A stretch of 64,000 bases of DNA from a candidate division Zixibacteria bacterium CG_4_9_14_3_um_filter_46_8 (GTDB lineage: Bacteria > Zixibacteria > MSB-5A5 > UM-FILTER-46-8). The position numbers were made by a program, and so were the translations under genes. The stretch spans positions 19,880 to 83,879 of the forward strand of contig PFXJ01000025.1 in NCBI GenBank assembly GCA_002791595.1. The letters run 5' to 3'. Shown in pieces: positions 37,801 to 48,398 of the stretch (its first letter is position 1; each line of letters opens with the position of its first letter). The notes beneath the pieces are model-generated. The model saw nothing but the letters and a program-made list of their open reading frames with translations. It had not been told where the DNA came from and did no database searches.

Positions 37801-39042
37801 TTATACCTGATATTTCCTCAGGATTAAGGATGCGTTGTGACCACCGAAACCAAAAGAATTCGACAAGGCGACATTGATTTCTCTTTCGGTTACCTTGTTC
37901 GGAGAATAATCCAGGTCGCATTCGGGATCCGGGACACTGTAATTAATTGTAGGATGAACCTTGCCATCCCTGATGGATAAAGCGCAAACCAGCAACTCAA
38001 TGGATCCGGAGGCCCCAAGAAGGTGACCGATTGATGATTTAGTGGAATTCAAAACCATTTTATAGGCGTGATCCCCAAATACATTTTTGACTGCAACGGT
38101 TTCCGCAATATCGCCCAGTCCGGTGGAAGTACCATGAGCGTTGATATAATCCACCTCAGATGGATCCATCCCAGCATCCTTCAAAGCCATCCTCATAGCA
38201 TACGCGGCGCCCCGGCCATCTGGATCGGGCGCTGTCATATGATAGGCATCACCGGACATACCAAATCCGGCCACCTCCGCATATATCTTAGCGCCTCTTT
38301 TAAGGGCATGGCCTAATTCCTCGAACACGGCGATGGCGGCCCCTTCTCCCATAAGGAAACCATCCCTCTCCTTGTCGAAAGGACGACTGGCGGATTGGGG
38401 TTGGTCATTTCGGGTCGTCATAGCTTTGGCGGCGCAAAATCCTGCAACGGCAAGAGGCACTATGGCCGCTTCAGTTCCACCAGTAACAATAATATCAGCA
38501 TCGCCCCTTTGTATAATCCTGAGGGCATCACCCATCGCATGAGCGCCGGAAGCGCACGCCGAGACGGTGGAATAATTCGGTCCTCGCAAACCATATTTTA
38601 TTGAAACCAAACCTGCGGCCATATCGGAAATTATCATTGGCACCAAAAATGGAGAAACTCGTTGGGGTCCCTTTTGCAAAAGGATGGCATGTTGCTTGCT
38701 CAAAGAATCTATTCCGCAGACACCCGAACCAATGATAGTGCCAGCCATATCCTGATCGAACCCATCATTTAAAAAACCACTGTCCTCGATCGCCTCCTTG
38801 GCTGCGACTAGCGCATATTGTTGCGAAAGATCATAGCGGCGAATCTCTTTTCGGTCAAGGTAATTCCCGCCATCAAATCCCTTTAGTTCAGCCGCGATTT
38901 TAGTGATATAATTGGAAGTATCAAACCTCGAAATCAGGCATCCACCCGAACGGCCGGCCACTAATGCATCCCATGAATCCTGCACATTCAGGCCAAGCGG
39001 GGAAAGCACTCCCATACCCGTGATTACTATTCTTCGTTTCAA
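37801..39042 (-). CDS. fabF: Beta-ketoacyl-ACP synthase II
   Basis: SACASG, NAHGTST, GHLLGA, SNSFGFGG. Confidence 0.97.
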   Translation of the reverse strand: MKRRIVITGMGVLSPLGLNVQDSWDALVAGRSGGCLISRFDTSNYITKIAAELKGFDGGNYLDRKEIRRYDLSQQYALVAAKEAIEDSGFLNDGFDQDMAGTIIGSGVCGIDSLSKQHAILLQKGPQRVSPFLVPMIISDMAAGLVSIKYGLRGPNYSTVSACASGAHAMGDALRIIQRGDADIIVTGGTEAAIVPLAVAGFCAAKAMTTRNDQPQSASRPFDKERDGFLMGEGAAIAVFEELGHALKRGAKIYAEVAGFGMSGDAYHMTAPDPDGRGAAYAMRMALKDAGMDPSEVDYINAHGTSTGLGDIAETVAVKNVFGDHAYKMVLNSTKSSIGHLLGASGSIELLVCALSIRDGKVHPTINYSVPDPECDLDYSPNKVTEREINVALSNSFGFGGHNASLILRKYQV

Positions 39043-39081
39043 AATGACCTCAGCCGGTTATTCAGAGTTCTACGTTATTTC

Positions 39082-39132
39082 TTCGCGGGAAGCCGCGCAC
39101 GGTTTCTCGCGGAGACCCCGGATCACCCGGGG
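39082..39132. other. Two GC-rich stem-loops between acpP and fabF
   Basis: TTCGCGGGAAGCCG-CGCA-CGGTTTCTCGCGGA and CCCCGG-ATCAC-CCGGGG. Confidence 0.55.
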
Positions 39133-39149
39133 CAGATTAGTTTAAGCCA

Positions 39150-39389
39150 TCAAGCGGATGGGGCATTATTCTTAATATACTCTATGGCATCACTGACTTT
39201 GGTAATCTTTTCAGCATCCTCGTCAGGGATGGCCATTCCAAATTCCTCCTCAAGAGCCATCACCAGCTCTACAGTATCCAGGGAATCTGCTCCGAGATCA
39301 TCAAGGAACGATGCATCATCCTTCACTTGAGCCGGATCGACGCCTAACTGCTCAACTATGATATCTCTGACTTTCTGTTCGATTGACAC
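39150..39389 (-). CDS. acpP: Acyl carrier protein
   Basis: [20 protein letters not shown]. Confidence 0.98.
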   Translation of the reverse strand: MSIEQKVRDIIVEQLGVDPAQVKDDASFLDDLGADSLDTVELVMALEEEFGMAIPDEDAEKITKVSDAIEYIKNNAPSA

Positions 39390-39434
39390 TGTTTACCTCT
39401 CTCTTAATTATGTGAATGATTCTCTATGATTATC

Positions 39435-40172
39435 CTACATTGCAAATCCGCCATCGACCACCAGAACCTGCCCGGTGATGAATGAGGCTTCTTCAGAAGC
39501 GAAAAATGTTACTGCACACGCTACATCCTCGGGATTTCCCGCTCGCTTAATTGACATATTGGCAAGATATTGCTCTTTATTCTGACTGGGCAGGTTGGCA
39601 GTCATTTCAGTCTGGATAAAACCCGGAGCAACAGCATTTACGGTTATCCCCTTTGGGCCTAATTCCCTGGCGACGGATTTTGTCAGTCCGATTACGCCGG
39701 CTTTGGATGAACAATAATTAGCCTGTCCGGGATTACCGAAGACCGCCACCATTGAGCTAATGTTAACTATCCGGCCATAGTGCGCCTTGAGCATCGACTT
39801 GGATGCTTCGCGCATACACAAAAATGTGCCTTTCAAATTTACATTCAGCACTTGATCCCAGTCACTTTCCGACATTCTCATCAACAGCTTATCAATGATA
39901 ATGCCGGCGTTATTGACCAAAATATCAAGCTTGCCATCGGCGCCAATTTTATTAAAAAGCTCGACCACCTGTTTTTCATCACTGACATCAGCCCTGAGGG
40001 ACACGGCGCTGATGCCTTCCGCCTTCAAAATATCGACTGCCTTTTGCGCCCTAGCTTCATCCCTGCCGGATATAATCGTTTCAGCGCCCATTCTGCCTAA
40101 TCGTCGGGCGATTGCAAATCCGATCCCTCTGGCGCCACCAGTAATTAGTGCTCTTCTGCCTTGAAAGTCCAC
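39435..40172 (-). CDS. fabG: 3-oxoacyl-ACP reductase
   Basis: TGGARGIG, NNAG, YCSSK, VAPGFI; fab operon context. Confidence 0.96.
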   Translation of the reverse strand: MDFQGRRALITGGARGIGFAIARRLGRMGAETIISGRDEARAQKAVDILKAEGISAVSLRADVSDEKQVVELFNKIGADGKLDILVNNAGIIIDKLLMRMSESDWDQVLNVNLKGTFLCMREASKSMLKAHYGRIVNISSMVAVFGNPGQANYCSSKAGVIGLTKSVARELGPKGITVNAVAPGFIQTEMTANLPSQNKEQYLANMSIKRAGNPEDVACAVTFFASEEASFITGQVLVVDGGFAM

Positions 40173-40198
40173 AAAAATTTTATCCTACTGACTAATAT

Positions 40199-41149
40199 TC
40201 AAATTGTCTTCGCCAAAGTCAACTCCCTGACAGCATCGATCTGCTCCGGCTTCTCAAATGAGGCCAAGTTCGCCTGAGGCGCGGTCCGCTTTATAAGCCC
40301 CTGCAGGACATTCCCTGAGCCAACTTCAATAAAGGTGTTCACCCCCCACTTAACCATAAATTCCACTGATGGGCTCCATAAAACCGGTGATTGGATCTGG
40401 CGCACGAGATAATCGGAAACCGGACAGTTAGGTTCATAAAATCCGCCGCTCACATTGGATGCCACTGGGAATTCCGGAGAGATGAAATCCATTGCCTCGA
40501 GGAGCTTGGCCAGTCGTTCCGGCGTGGAATTCATAAGCGTCGAATGAAAAGCTCCTCCCACCGATAGCCTTACGGCCCGCTTAGCTCCGGCTTCCTTAGC
40601 CTTCTTCATCAAAGTTTCCACGGCAGCTATTTCGCCCGATACGACGATCTGATTGGGGGAATTGAAATTCGCGGCTTGAACGATCCCGTCCGTGCTATCG
40701 CAAATGGCATTGATTGCATCAATTTCAAGCCCGATAATTGCTGCCATAGTCCCGGGATTGTTATCACAATCCTCCTGCATAGAGCGGCTACGTTCCGCCA
40801 CAATCTCTAATCCATCTTCAAAGGACACAACCCCAGCGCCTGTCAGAGCCGATATTTCGCCTATGCTATGGCCAGCAGCACAATCGGGTCGAATACCATT
40901 CTCGGCCAAGAATCTATCAGCGATACAGGAATGCACATACATGGCGGGTTGAGCATATATGGTTTTCGTCAGGAGTTCCTCCGGGCCCTCTAGGCAAGCT
41001 TTTTGCAAATCTATGCCCAGTATTGATTCCGCAATATCAAACATCATCGAGGCTGGTGGGTAGCTCTCCAGAAATTCACGGCACATACCCACATATTGCG
41101 AGGCTTGCCCCGGAAAAACAAAGGATACTTTAGATACTTTCTCGATCAT
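40199..41149 (-). CDS. fabD: Malonyl-CoA:ACP transacylase
   Basis: FPGQ, GHSIG, AFHS; start moved to ATG 41149. Confidence 0.96.
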   Translation of the reverse strand: MIEKVSKVSFVFPGQASQYVGMCREFLESYPPASMMFDIAESILGIDLQKACLEGPEELLTKTIYAQPAMYVHSCIADRFLAENGIRPDCAAGHSIGEISALTGAGVVSFEDGLEIVAERSRSMQEDCDNNPGTMAAIIGLEIDAINAICDSTDGIVQAANFNSPNQIVVSGEIAAVETLMKKAKEAGAKRAVRLSVGGAFHSTLMNSTPERLAKLLEAMDFISPEFPVASNVSGGFYEPNCPVSDYLVRQIQSPVLWSPSVEFMVKWGVNTFIEVGSGNVLQGLIKRTAPQANLASFEKPEQIDAVRELTLAKTI

Positions 41150-41163
41150 TGCATCCAAGCCGC

Positions 41164-42141
41164 TTATCCCCACCCAAATAGAATTGCTCCCCATGAAAAA
41201 CCAGAGCCAAATGACACAGCCAACAGCAAGTCCCCTTTCTGGATTCTTCCATCTCTGACCGCCTCATCCATCGCCAGAGGAATAGTGGCAGAGGACGTGT
41301 TGCCATAGCGTTCGATATTTACCAGTACCTTTTCCATCGGGAAACCGGCACGCCTAGCCGTAGCATCTATAATCCTGATATTTGCCTGGTGAGGAATAAG
41401 GTACTTCACATCCCCAATTGTGCATCCAGCCAAATCAAGAACTTTAGCCGCAGAATCAGCCATAGCCTTCACGGCATGCTTGAAAACATCATTGCCAGCC
41501 ATCTTTACATAAAAGGGTATGGGGTCCTTTTCGAGCGTTACCGGCACGCGTCCACGCATCCCCGGCAGGTATAGAAGATTCCCCAACGAGCCATCACCGC
41601 CCATGTGGCTGCTGATTATGCCGCGATCATCATTGGAGGCCGAAATCACTACGGCGCCGGCCCCATCGCCAAAGAGCACGCAAGTACTGCGGTCAGTATA
41701 ATCAACGACTTTAGTGGTAGTTTCCGCACCAATCACCAGGATTTTCCTGAACATCCTCGATCTTATGAAGGCATCAGCCGTAACCATCCCATATATGAAT
41801 CCTGGACAGGCGGCTCCAAGATCATAAGCGGCAGCATTCTTGGCTTTAACATAATATTGAACAACAGAGGCTATGGAAGGCATAGTGGTATCGCCGGTCA
41901 CGGTGGCACAGATTACCAAGTCCAGTTCGCCAGGGGAAATTTTAGCATTCTCAATCGCCCTCTGTGAAGCTTTGATCGCCAGGTCTGATACCCATTCATC
42001 ATCTCCGGATTTGTGCCGTTCCTTAATGCCAGCACGCGTCTCTATCCATTCCGAATTGGTATCAACAATCTTTTCAAGATCGGCATTGGTCAGGACCGCT
42101 TCCGGCACTGCAGACCCTATTCCAATCAAATGAGCATTCAT
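41164..42141 (-). CDS. fabH: Beta-ketoacyl-ACP synthase III
   Basis: AACPG, LFGDGAGA, PHQAN, GNTSSA. Confidence 0.97.
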   Translation of the reverse strand: MNAHLIGIGSAVPEAVLTNADLEKIVDTNSEWIETRAGIKERHKSGDDEWVSDLAIKASQRAIENAKISPGELDLVICATVTGDTTMPSIASVVQYYVKAKNAAAYDLGAACPGFIYGMVTADAFIRSRMFRKILVIGAETTTKVVDYTDRSTCVLFGDGAGAVVISASNDDRGIISSHMGGDGSLGNLLYLPGMRGRVPVTLEKDPIPFYVKMAGNDVFKHAVKAMADSAAKVLDLAGCTIGDVKYLIPHQANIRIIDATARRAGFPMEKVLVNIERYGNTSSATIPLAMDEAVRDGRIQKGDLLLAVSFGSGFSWGAILFGWG

Positions 42142-42147
42142 TGCTTC

Positions 42148-43269
42148 TCAATCCTCAATTTCATCTAAACCATGCATGATTTCGTGAATGGACTCGGATT
42201 TATCGTTATGATTCAAACATTCGTTTATTTTCAGTTTATCTTTTATCTTGGTGTTTATATTATCGATGGCGGTCACGGCGGCGACACGGATAGCATTCTT
42301 AATGGCCTTAGGAGAGGAACCTCCATGGCAGATTATAGTGATTCCATCTACACCCAAAAGCGGAGCCCCTCCGTATTCAGCATAATCCAATCTCTCCCGG
42401 ACACGCCTTAAAGCCGGCCTCATCAAGAACGCACCCAGGTTTGAAAGAAGGTTCTTGCCAACCTGATGCCTGGCCTGACTTCGGAAGAAGCCCCCTACGC
42501 TCTCGGCGAATTTCAACATAATATTCCCCACGAATCCATCGCAAACTACTACATCGCATTTACCTGTAAGGATGTCGCGGCCTTCTATATTGCCATTGAA
42601 ATTCAGGAGCGATTTGGCGAAAAGTTTATGAGTGCTTACAGTAACTTCATTGCCTTTGGTGGATTCCTCACCTATGGATAAAAGACCGACTTTGGGGTTC
42701 ACTTTCTCATGAATGATGCTTGTATATACCGAGCCCATGACACCGAATTGATATAGATGCTGAGCTTTGCAGTCAGGATTGGCGCCCACGTCAAGGATCA
42801 CCGCCATATCTTTTTCGGTAGGAAATACCGCCGCTATCGCCGGGCGGAATACCCCCTCTAAACGCCCAAGTATCAAAAGCGCATGAGTCATAACCGCGCC
42901 GGTGTGTCCGGCAGACACGGTGGCCGCAACCCCACCACTCTTTTGAAGTTCCAATGAGACCGAGAGCGAAGAATTCTTTTTCCGCCGGTAAGCCCTTGCG
43001 GCGCTCTCGGACATCGAAACCGATTCAGTAGTATGGATTATTTCGAACGGCGGGGTCTTGAGCCTGAAACGCTCCACTTCGGTATCAATCATCCTCGAAT
43101 TGCCAACGAGAACCAGTTCGAGGCCGGGTCCGAACTCCTCCGCGGCCATGATGGCGCCTTCCACCACCACCGATGGCCCGTAATCTCCACCCATAGCGTC
43201 GAGCGCGATCCGTACCTTTTGAGAGGAACCCAGCTTCTTGATAGACGGTCTCTTAATTGCGTTGCTCAA
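42148..43269 (-). CDS. plsX: Phosphate acyltransferase PlsX
   Basis: DAMGGD, SAGHTGA, DVGAN, DGFVGN, HGGS. Confidence 0.97.
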   Translation of the reverse strand: MSNAIKRPSIKKLGSSQKVRIALDAMGGDYGPSVVVEGAIMAAEEFGPGLELVLVGNSRMIDTEVERFRLKTPPFEIIHTTESVSMSESAARAYRRKKNSSLSVSLELQKSGGVAATVSAGHTGAVMTHALLILGRLEGVFRPAIAAVFPTEKDMAVILDVGANPDCKAQHLYQFGVMGSVYTSIIHEKVNPKVGLLSIGEESTKGNEVTVSTHKLFAKSLLNFNGNIEGRDILTGKCDVVVCDGFVGNIMLKFAESVGGFFRSQARHQVGKNLLSNLGAFLMRPALRRVRERLDYAEYGGAPLLGVDGITIICHGGSSPKAIKNAIRVAAVTAIDNINTKIKDKLKINECLNHNDKSESIHEIMHGLDEIED

Positions 43270-43271
43270 TT

Positions 43272-43460
43272 TTAGCTTTTGAGTTTATTCTCTGTCAACA
43301 CCTGTCTGCCATCATAATAACCGCAATGAGGGCATATATGATGCTGAAGCTTCATTTGAGAACAATGAGGGCACGTTGACAGATTAGGCACATCCAATTT
43401 CCAATGAGTACGACGTTTGGCGCCTCTTGTATGTGAATGTCTCCGTTTAGGTAAAGGCAT
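43272..43460 (-). CDS. rpmF: 50S ribosomal protein L32
   Basis: PKRRHS...CPHC...HHICPHCGYY. Confidence 0.97.
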   Translation of the reverse strand: MPLPKRRHSHTRGAKRRTHWKLDVPNLSTCPHCSQMKLQHHICPHCGYYDGRQVLTENKLKS

Positions 43461-43483
43461 TTTCTATTCCTCCTGAAATATCT

Positions 43484-44005
43484 TCAATTTTCGATCTTCT
43501 TTTTTAACATTTTTTTGAGCTCATCCCATTGGCCGCCATTTCCGTGGATCGCACAATTGCATGTTTCCACATTCAAATCAGTCCCGCAGTTGGAGCATAG
43601 ACCTTTGCAATCAGGATTGCATAGTATTTTGACAGGTAATTCAACCAGAAAGGCCTCACGAAAATGTGGCTTAAGGTCATATACTCCAAAAGATTTCGGA
43701 ATAATAATAAAATCGTCATCTCCGGTGTCCTGGTCTTTAACACCGTCTTTCCTATGAACGACCAGTTTCAATTTCACTTTCAGAGGCAAGTTAATAATTT
43801 TGAGGCACCGGTCGCATTCCGCGATCACAGATGTGGCCGCATCGGCATCGATAACGACTTCATCGCCGGAAGAAAACACCGAGGCCTTGGCAATGATATT
43901 TTGCCTGAATTGAACCCCTGAACATTCGAAATCAACTTCACCGGGTGCGGCATCGAATTCAAAGTAACTCCGACCCAATTCAATCTCACGGAAATCGATT
44001 TTCAT
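43484..44005 (-). CDS. yceD: YceD/DUF177-family protein
   Basis: CDRCL, LC..DCKGLC..CG; directly upstream of rpmF. Confidence 0.92.
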   Translation of the reverse strand: MKIDFREIELGRSYFEFDAAPGEVDFECSGVQFRQNIIAKASVFSSGDEVVIDADAATSVIAECDRCLKIINLPLKVKLKLVVHRKDGVKDQDTGDDDFIIIPKSFGVYDLKPHFREAFLVELPVKILCNPDCKGLCSNCGTDLNVETCNCAIHGNGGQWDELKKMLKKKIEN

Positions 44006-44221
44006 AATTACATCAAAATAAATATATTTTCTGAGTTGTCAAGGATTTTATGGCCCAGTTTTACTCAACAATTCCGGCTAATGAAACTTGATGTGGAAGT
44101 CAATTGACCTGCAAGCCATCTTGCTTTACTAAAGGGAACATTTATTTTGCGCAAATTATGTGGACATATTCGAATCTGTTTTGTAATAATAGGCCTTGGT
44201 TATTAAGGCGATTTATCCAAA

Positions 44222-44767
44222 GTGAGTTGGTACGAAATAATATTGCTGTCATTCGGATTGGGGGTCGATGCTTTTTCCGTCGCTATAGTAGTGGGATCTA
44301 CGATTTTTGGACCCCGGCAGATATTCCGACTTAGCTTCCATTTTGGCTTATTCCAGTTTATGATGCCGCTTATCGGCTGGCAACTTGGAGAAGCGGCATC
44401 AACTATCATAGGCAATCATCATCGGTGGGTAGCTTTCATTATCCTAATAGTAATCGGAGGCAAGATGCTGAAGGATGCTTTTTCGGCTCAAGATGACGGC
44501 CTCCAAACAATCGATCGAACCAGAAAATGGTCGTTGGTCTTCTTGTCAATAGCCACAAGCATCGATGCCCTGGGAGCCGGATTCGGACTCGGGCCCATAG
44601 CCAGGAACTTCCTGGCGATCAGTGCTATAATAGGAATAACAGCTCTGATAATGACAACCATAGGTATGGTTTTGGGAAATTTCCTGAAGCGATATGTCGG
44701 GAAAAGAATGGAAGCAGTTGGAGGGGCAGTGCTGATCTTCCTCGGATTTAGAATATTAATGAGTTAA
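44222..44767 (+). CDS. mntP: Manganese efflux pump MntP
   Basis: Two DAF/DAL motifs (LGVDAFSV, ATSIDALG), FGLFQ. Confidence 0.9.
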   Translation: MSWYEIILLSFGLGVDAFSVAIVVGSTIFGPRQIFRLSFHFGLFQFMMPLIGWQLGEAASTIIGNHHRWVAFIILIVIGGKMLKDAFSAQDDGLQTIDRTRKWSLVFLSIATSIDALGAGFGLGPIARNFLAISAIIGITALIMTTIGMVLGNFLKRYVGKRMEAVGGAVLIFLGFRILMS

Positions 44768-44857
44768 TGTTGATACTGTCGGGAATCGTTGATCAAGCGG
44801 GAAAGGCAAGAATTCACCTATCGGAGGCTTGGCCCAATCACCGCGGTCTAATTTCAC

Positions 44858-47053
44858 TTGACAGGAACTAAACTTGAATGGTTATTGAAATATATGAAAA
44901 GTAATATATCTATACAAAGGAGACTCCTTTGGCAAGCAGCCAAAAGATATATGGCGCCCACGTTGTTGCTATATGCAGCATTATCCCTGATAGTGATTCT
45001 GATAGCATTTCTGACATATAATACATATAGCAATGACCTGCCATCCTTTGAACAGTTGCACAATATACAACCTCGCTTGGTTACCAAGGTTTATTCTGAA
45101 GATGGAAGGCTGATTAAGGAATTCTATAAGGAGCGGCGGATCTTAATTGCTTATAGCGATATTCCTCCCAGTTTGAAGAATGCTCTGCTGGCAACAGAAG
45201 ATCGACGATTCTATAAGCATTGGGGAGTAGATCCGCTTTCCGTTATCAGAGCCTTGTTCGTAAATATGTATCGAGGGGGCAAGGTTCAAGGGGGATCGAC
45301 GTTGACACAACAATTGGCACGGACTCTATTTCTTTCCCCGGAAAAGATTTATGCCCGAAAGATCAAAGAGGTCTTGACTGCCATCAAATTGGAGAGGAAT
45401 TATTCCAAGAATGAAATAATGGCAATGTATTTGAACCAACAAAATTTCGGAGGCGGGGCTTATGGCATTCAAACCGCAGCTGAGTTGTACTTTGGCAAAA
45501 ACACAAAAGATCTGGATGATTTAGAATCTGCCACATTGGTCGCTATGCTGAAGGCTCCCAATCGTTACAGTCCCGTGAGACATGCCGACCGAACCATGAA
45601 TCGTCGCAATTTGGTATTAAACGCCATGGTAGATTATGGAGCGCTTTCTTCCGAAGTTGCCAATAGTTTAGTTAGGGAACCTCTAAGTCTCAATCTTCAG
45701 GGAGAAACAGAGGAAGTTGGAGCATATTTCATAGAGATGGTAAGGCAGTATCTGGAAGAACGTTATGGGGAAGATGCGCTTTATGATTCGGGCTATTCTG
45801 TCTATACTACACTGAACTACAGGATGCAAACCATCGCAGAGAATGTGCTACATCCTTTGCTTGATTCCCTTCAGATAAACCTGGAGCACAGAGTCGGGCC
45901 TTCTGATAGAAGATATACACTTATGGTTGACACTGAGGATGGAGGATTCAGAAGGGAATACAAAAAATTGCAGGGAGCTTTGGTGTGCTTTGATAATAGG
46001 ACTGGAGGAATACTCGCTTTAGTTGGCGGGCGTGATTTCGAGGTCAGCAAATTCAACCGCGCCGTCCAAGCCAAAAGACAGCCCGGATCAGCCTTTAAGC
46101 CCTTCGTATATACAGTCGCTATGGACAATGGTTTTGGTCCTACCGACAAAATGAATGATTCACCGATTGTACTTACGGTTTCGGGTGAAGAATGGCGCCC
46201 GCATAATATTGATGATAAATTCATGGGGATAATGTCGCTTCGCGATGGTTTGAGCCTCTCCAGAAACTTAATCGCCATTAAGCTTATCATGGAACCAAGG
46301 GTAACTCCCCAACAAGCCGTTTTTTATGCACATCAGTTAGGCATCAAATCTCCACTTCATCCCGTGCCATCTTTGGCTATCGGCACTTCGGAAGTTAATC
46401 TATTGGAGCTTACGGCCGCCTATAGTGCATTCCCTAATGGAGGCATCCGCACAGAACCATTCTATATCACCAAGGTAACGGATCGATATGGCAGTGTGCT
46501 GGAGGAAGAGAGTCACGGTTACCAGGAAGAGGTTCTTTCGGCTCAAACCGCATATATAATGGCAGACCTTCTTCAGAGCGTAATAAATGAAGGCACCGGA
46601 CGCGGCACCAGGTCACGAGGATTCGATAGACCGGCTGGAGGAAAAACCGGAACTTCAGATGATTGGACTGACAATTGGTTCATCGCATTTGTGCCACAAA
46701 TCACTACTGGAGTCTGGGTCGGATTCGATGATAAAACCAAAATAGGCCTAAAGGGTGAAACCGGTTCGTCAACCGCGCTTCCTGTTTGGACCGAATTTAT
46801 GAAAGGCGCTTTGGCAGATTATCCAGTCGAGGATTTTAGGATGCCGCCGGGATTGGTGAAAGTCGAAGTGTGTCGTCAAAGCGGATTGCTCCCCAATCGA
46901 AGGTGCCCGAAGCTCCGCGAAGAGGTCTTCAGGATCGGAGAGGCACCAAAGGCAACCTGCTCGAAAAGCCATCGCAATGAATTTGCTTCCGACCAGAACC
47001 AAGAATCCAAGGACAAGCAAAAAAGAGAATCAAAACGAAAGATCCGATTCTGA
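44858..47053 (+). CDS. Class A penicillin-binding protein (PBP1A family)
   Basis: Transglycosylase EDRRF.H.G, GGSTLTQQ; transpeptidase SAFK, SRN, KTG; start uncertain (ATG 44894 possible). Confidence 0.95.
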   Translation: MTGTKLEWLLKYMKSNISIQRRLLWQAAKRYMAPTLLLYAALSLIVILIAFLTYNTYSNDLPSFEQLHNIQPRLVTKVYSEDGRLIKEFYKERRILIAYSDIPPSLKNALLATEDRRFYKHWGVDPLSVIRALFVNMYRGGKVQGGSTLTQQLARTLFLSPEKIYARKIKEVLTAIKLERNYSKNEIMAMYLNQQNFGGGAYGIQTAAELYFGKNTKDLDDLESATLVAMLKAPNRYSPVRHADRTMNRRNLVLNAMVDYGALSSEVANSLVREPLSLNLQGETEEVGAYFIEMVRQYLEERYGEDALYDSGYSVYTTLNYRMQTIAENVLHPLLDSLQINLEHRVGPSDRRYTLMVDTEDGGFRREYKKLQGALVCFDNRTGGILALVGGRDFEVSKFNRAVQAKRQPGSAFKPFVYTVAMDNGFGPTDKMNDSPIVLTVSGEEWRPHNIDDKFMGIMSLRDGLSLSRNLIAIKLIMEPRVTPQQAVFYAHQLGIKSPLHPVPSLAIGTSEVNLLELTAAYSAFPNGGIRTEPFYITKVTDRYGSVLEEESHGYQEEVLSAQTAYIMADLLQSVINEGTGRGTRSRGFDRPAGGKTGTSDDWTDNWFIAFVPQITTGVWVGFDDKTKIGLKGETGSSTALPVWTEFMKGALADYPVEDFRMPPGLVKVEVCRQSGLLPNRRCPKLREEVFRIGEAPKATCSKSHRNEFASDQNQESKDKQKRESKRKIRF

Positions 47054-47083
47054 CCTAAGTAATTATAGGAGTGCTAACGGGGC

Positions 47084-48388
47084 TCAGCGAATCATTTTCT
47101 TAATCAAGTCGGGAACGATAGGCCGTTTCGAGGAGATCCGGATTGAATTGAGGAGTTTGGTTTGAGCAAGATTAATATCTAACTCGTGGAGCGCATAAAT
47201 GTCAGCAATAACCCCACCAGCTAGGACCTGGTCGCCAAGTTTCCGGTGAAACACAAATCCAACACCAAAATCAACATCATCTTCGATTCGCTGGCGTCCG
47301 GCTCCCAACGCATTTGCCGCCAGGCCTACATTTAGAGTATCAATAGCTGAGATGTAACCTTTCCTCGAAGCTCGAAACGAGTCCCTCGATGGCGCCAAGT
47401 CCAGCACCGATGCATCTTCAAAAACATCGGATTTGCCACCGTGCAGTCCTACCATCATTGCGAATTTTTTCAAGGCGGCGCCATTGGATATAGATCCATC
47501 CAACATTCTGGTTGCAGAGGCGACTGAATTGGTTACACCCCCGATGAGAAGCATTTCTGCTCCCAGACTAAGGACGATTTCATCCAAGTCCGCCGGGCGG
47601 TTGCCTCTTAGATAATCGACTGCTTCCAGAACTTCTAGTGAATTCCCGATGGCTTTGCCAAGCGGCTGATCCATCGATGTAATCGCGGCCCGGCATTTCT
47701 TCCCAAATTTCCTTGCTGTTCTCACCAATGAATTCGCCAGCGCCTCGGCATCATCCGGCGATTTCATAAAGGCACCATTTCCGCACTTTATGTCGAACAC
47801 AATTCCATCTGTTCCCGAAGCCAGTTTTTTCGAAAGTATGGAAGCCGTAATCAGGGGAATTGATTCCACCGTAGCGGTGACATCCCTCAATGCATATATT
47901 CTTTTGTCCGCCGGAGCGATAGATGAAGTTTGACCGATAATAGAACACCCGCATTTTCTGAGAACTGATTTAAATTTATTGGTACCGAGATCTGTCTTAT
48001 ACCCAGGGATAGATTCCAATTTGTCCAGGGTCCCTCCGGTATGCCCAAGTCCCCGGCCAGAAACCATAGGCACGACCAAACCGCAGGCGGCTGCCATTGG
48101 AGCCAGCATTAATGAAACCTTATCTCCCACTCCTCCGGTGGAATGCTTATCGATCTTAGGACCCTTTATGGACGAAAGATCAAGTACTTTCCCAGATTTC
48201 AACATCGCTTCTGTAAGAACGACAGTCTCCGAGATGCTCATACCTCGCAAACAGATTGCCATCAGCAGGGCGGAGGCCTGATAGTCAGGGATTCTTCCGG
48301 AAATATATCCCGAAATGAACTCCTGTATCTCTTCTCCTGTGAGTTCATACCCATCCCTCTTATGGGCGATAATTTCCTGGAATGCCAT
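47084..48388 (-). CDS. pdp: Pyrimidine-nucleoside / thymidine phosphorylase
   Basis: DKHSTGGVGD, SGRGLGHTGGT, SILSKK; start moved to ATG 48388. Confidence 0.95.
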   Translation of the reverse strand: MAFQEIIAHKRDGYELTGEEIQEFISGYISGRIPDYQASALLMAICLRGMSISETVVLTEAMLKSGKVLDLSSIKGPKIDKHSTGGVGDKVSLMLAPMAAACGLVVPMVSGRGLGHTGGTLDKLESIPGYKTDLGTNKFKSVLRKCGCSIIGQTSSIAPADKRIYALRDVTATVESIPLITASILSKKLASGTDGIVFDIKCGNGAFMKSPDDAEALANSLVRTARKFGKKCRAAITSMDQPLGKAIGNSLEVLEAVDYLRGNRPADLDEIVLSLGAEMLLIGGVTNSVASATRMLDGSISNGAALKKFAMMVGLHGGKSDVFEDASVLDLAPSRDSFRASRKGYISAIDTLNVGLAANALGAGRQRIEDDVDFGVGFVFHRKLGDQVLAGGVIADIYALHELDINLAQTKLLNSIRISSKRPIVPDLIKKMIR

Positions 48389-48398
48389 TAGGGTTTCT

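Noticed and set aside
44006..44221. yybP-ykoY manganese riboswitch expected upstream of mntP
   Set aside because: No recognisable conserved motifs or terminator by eye; an Infernal search would settle it
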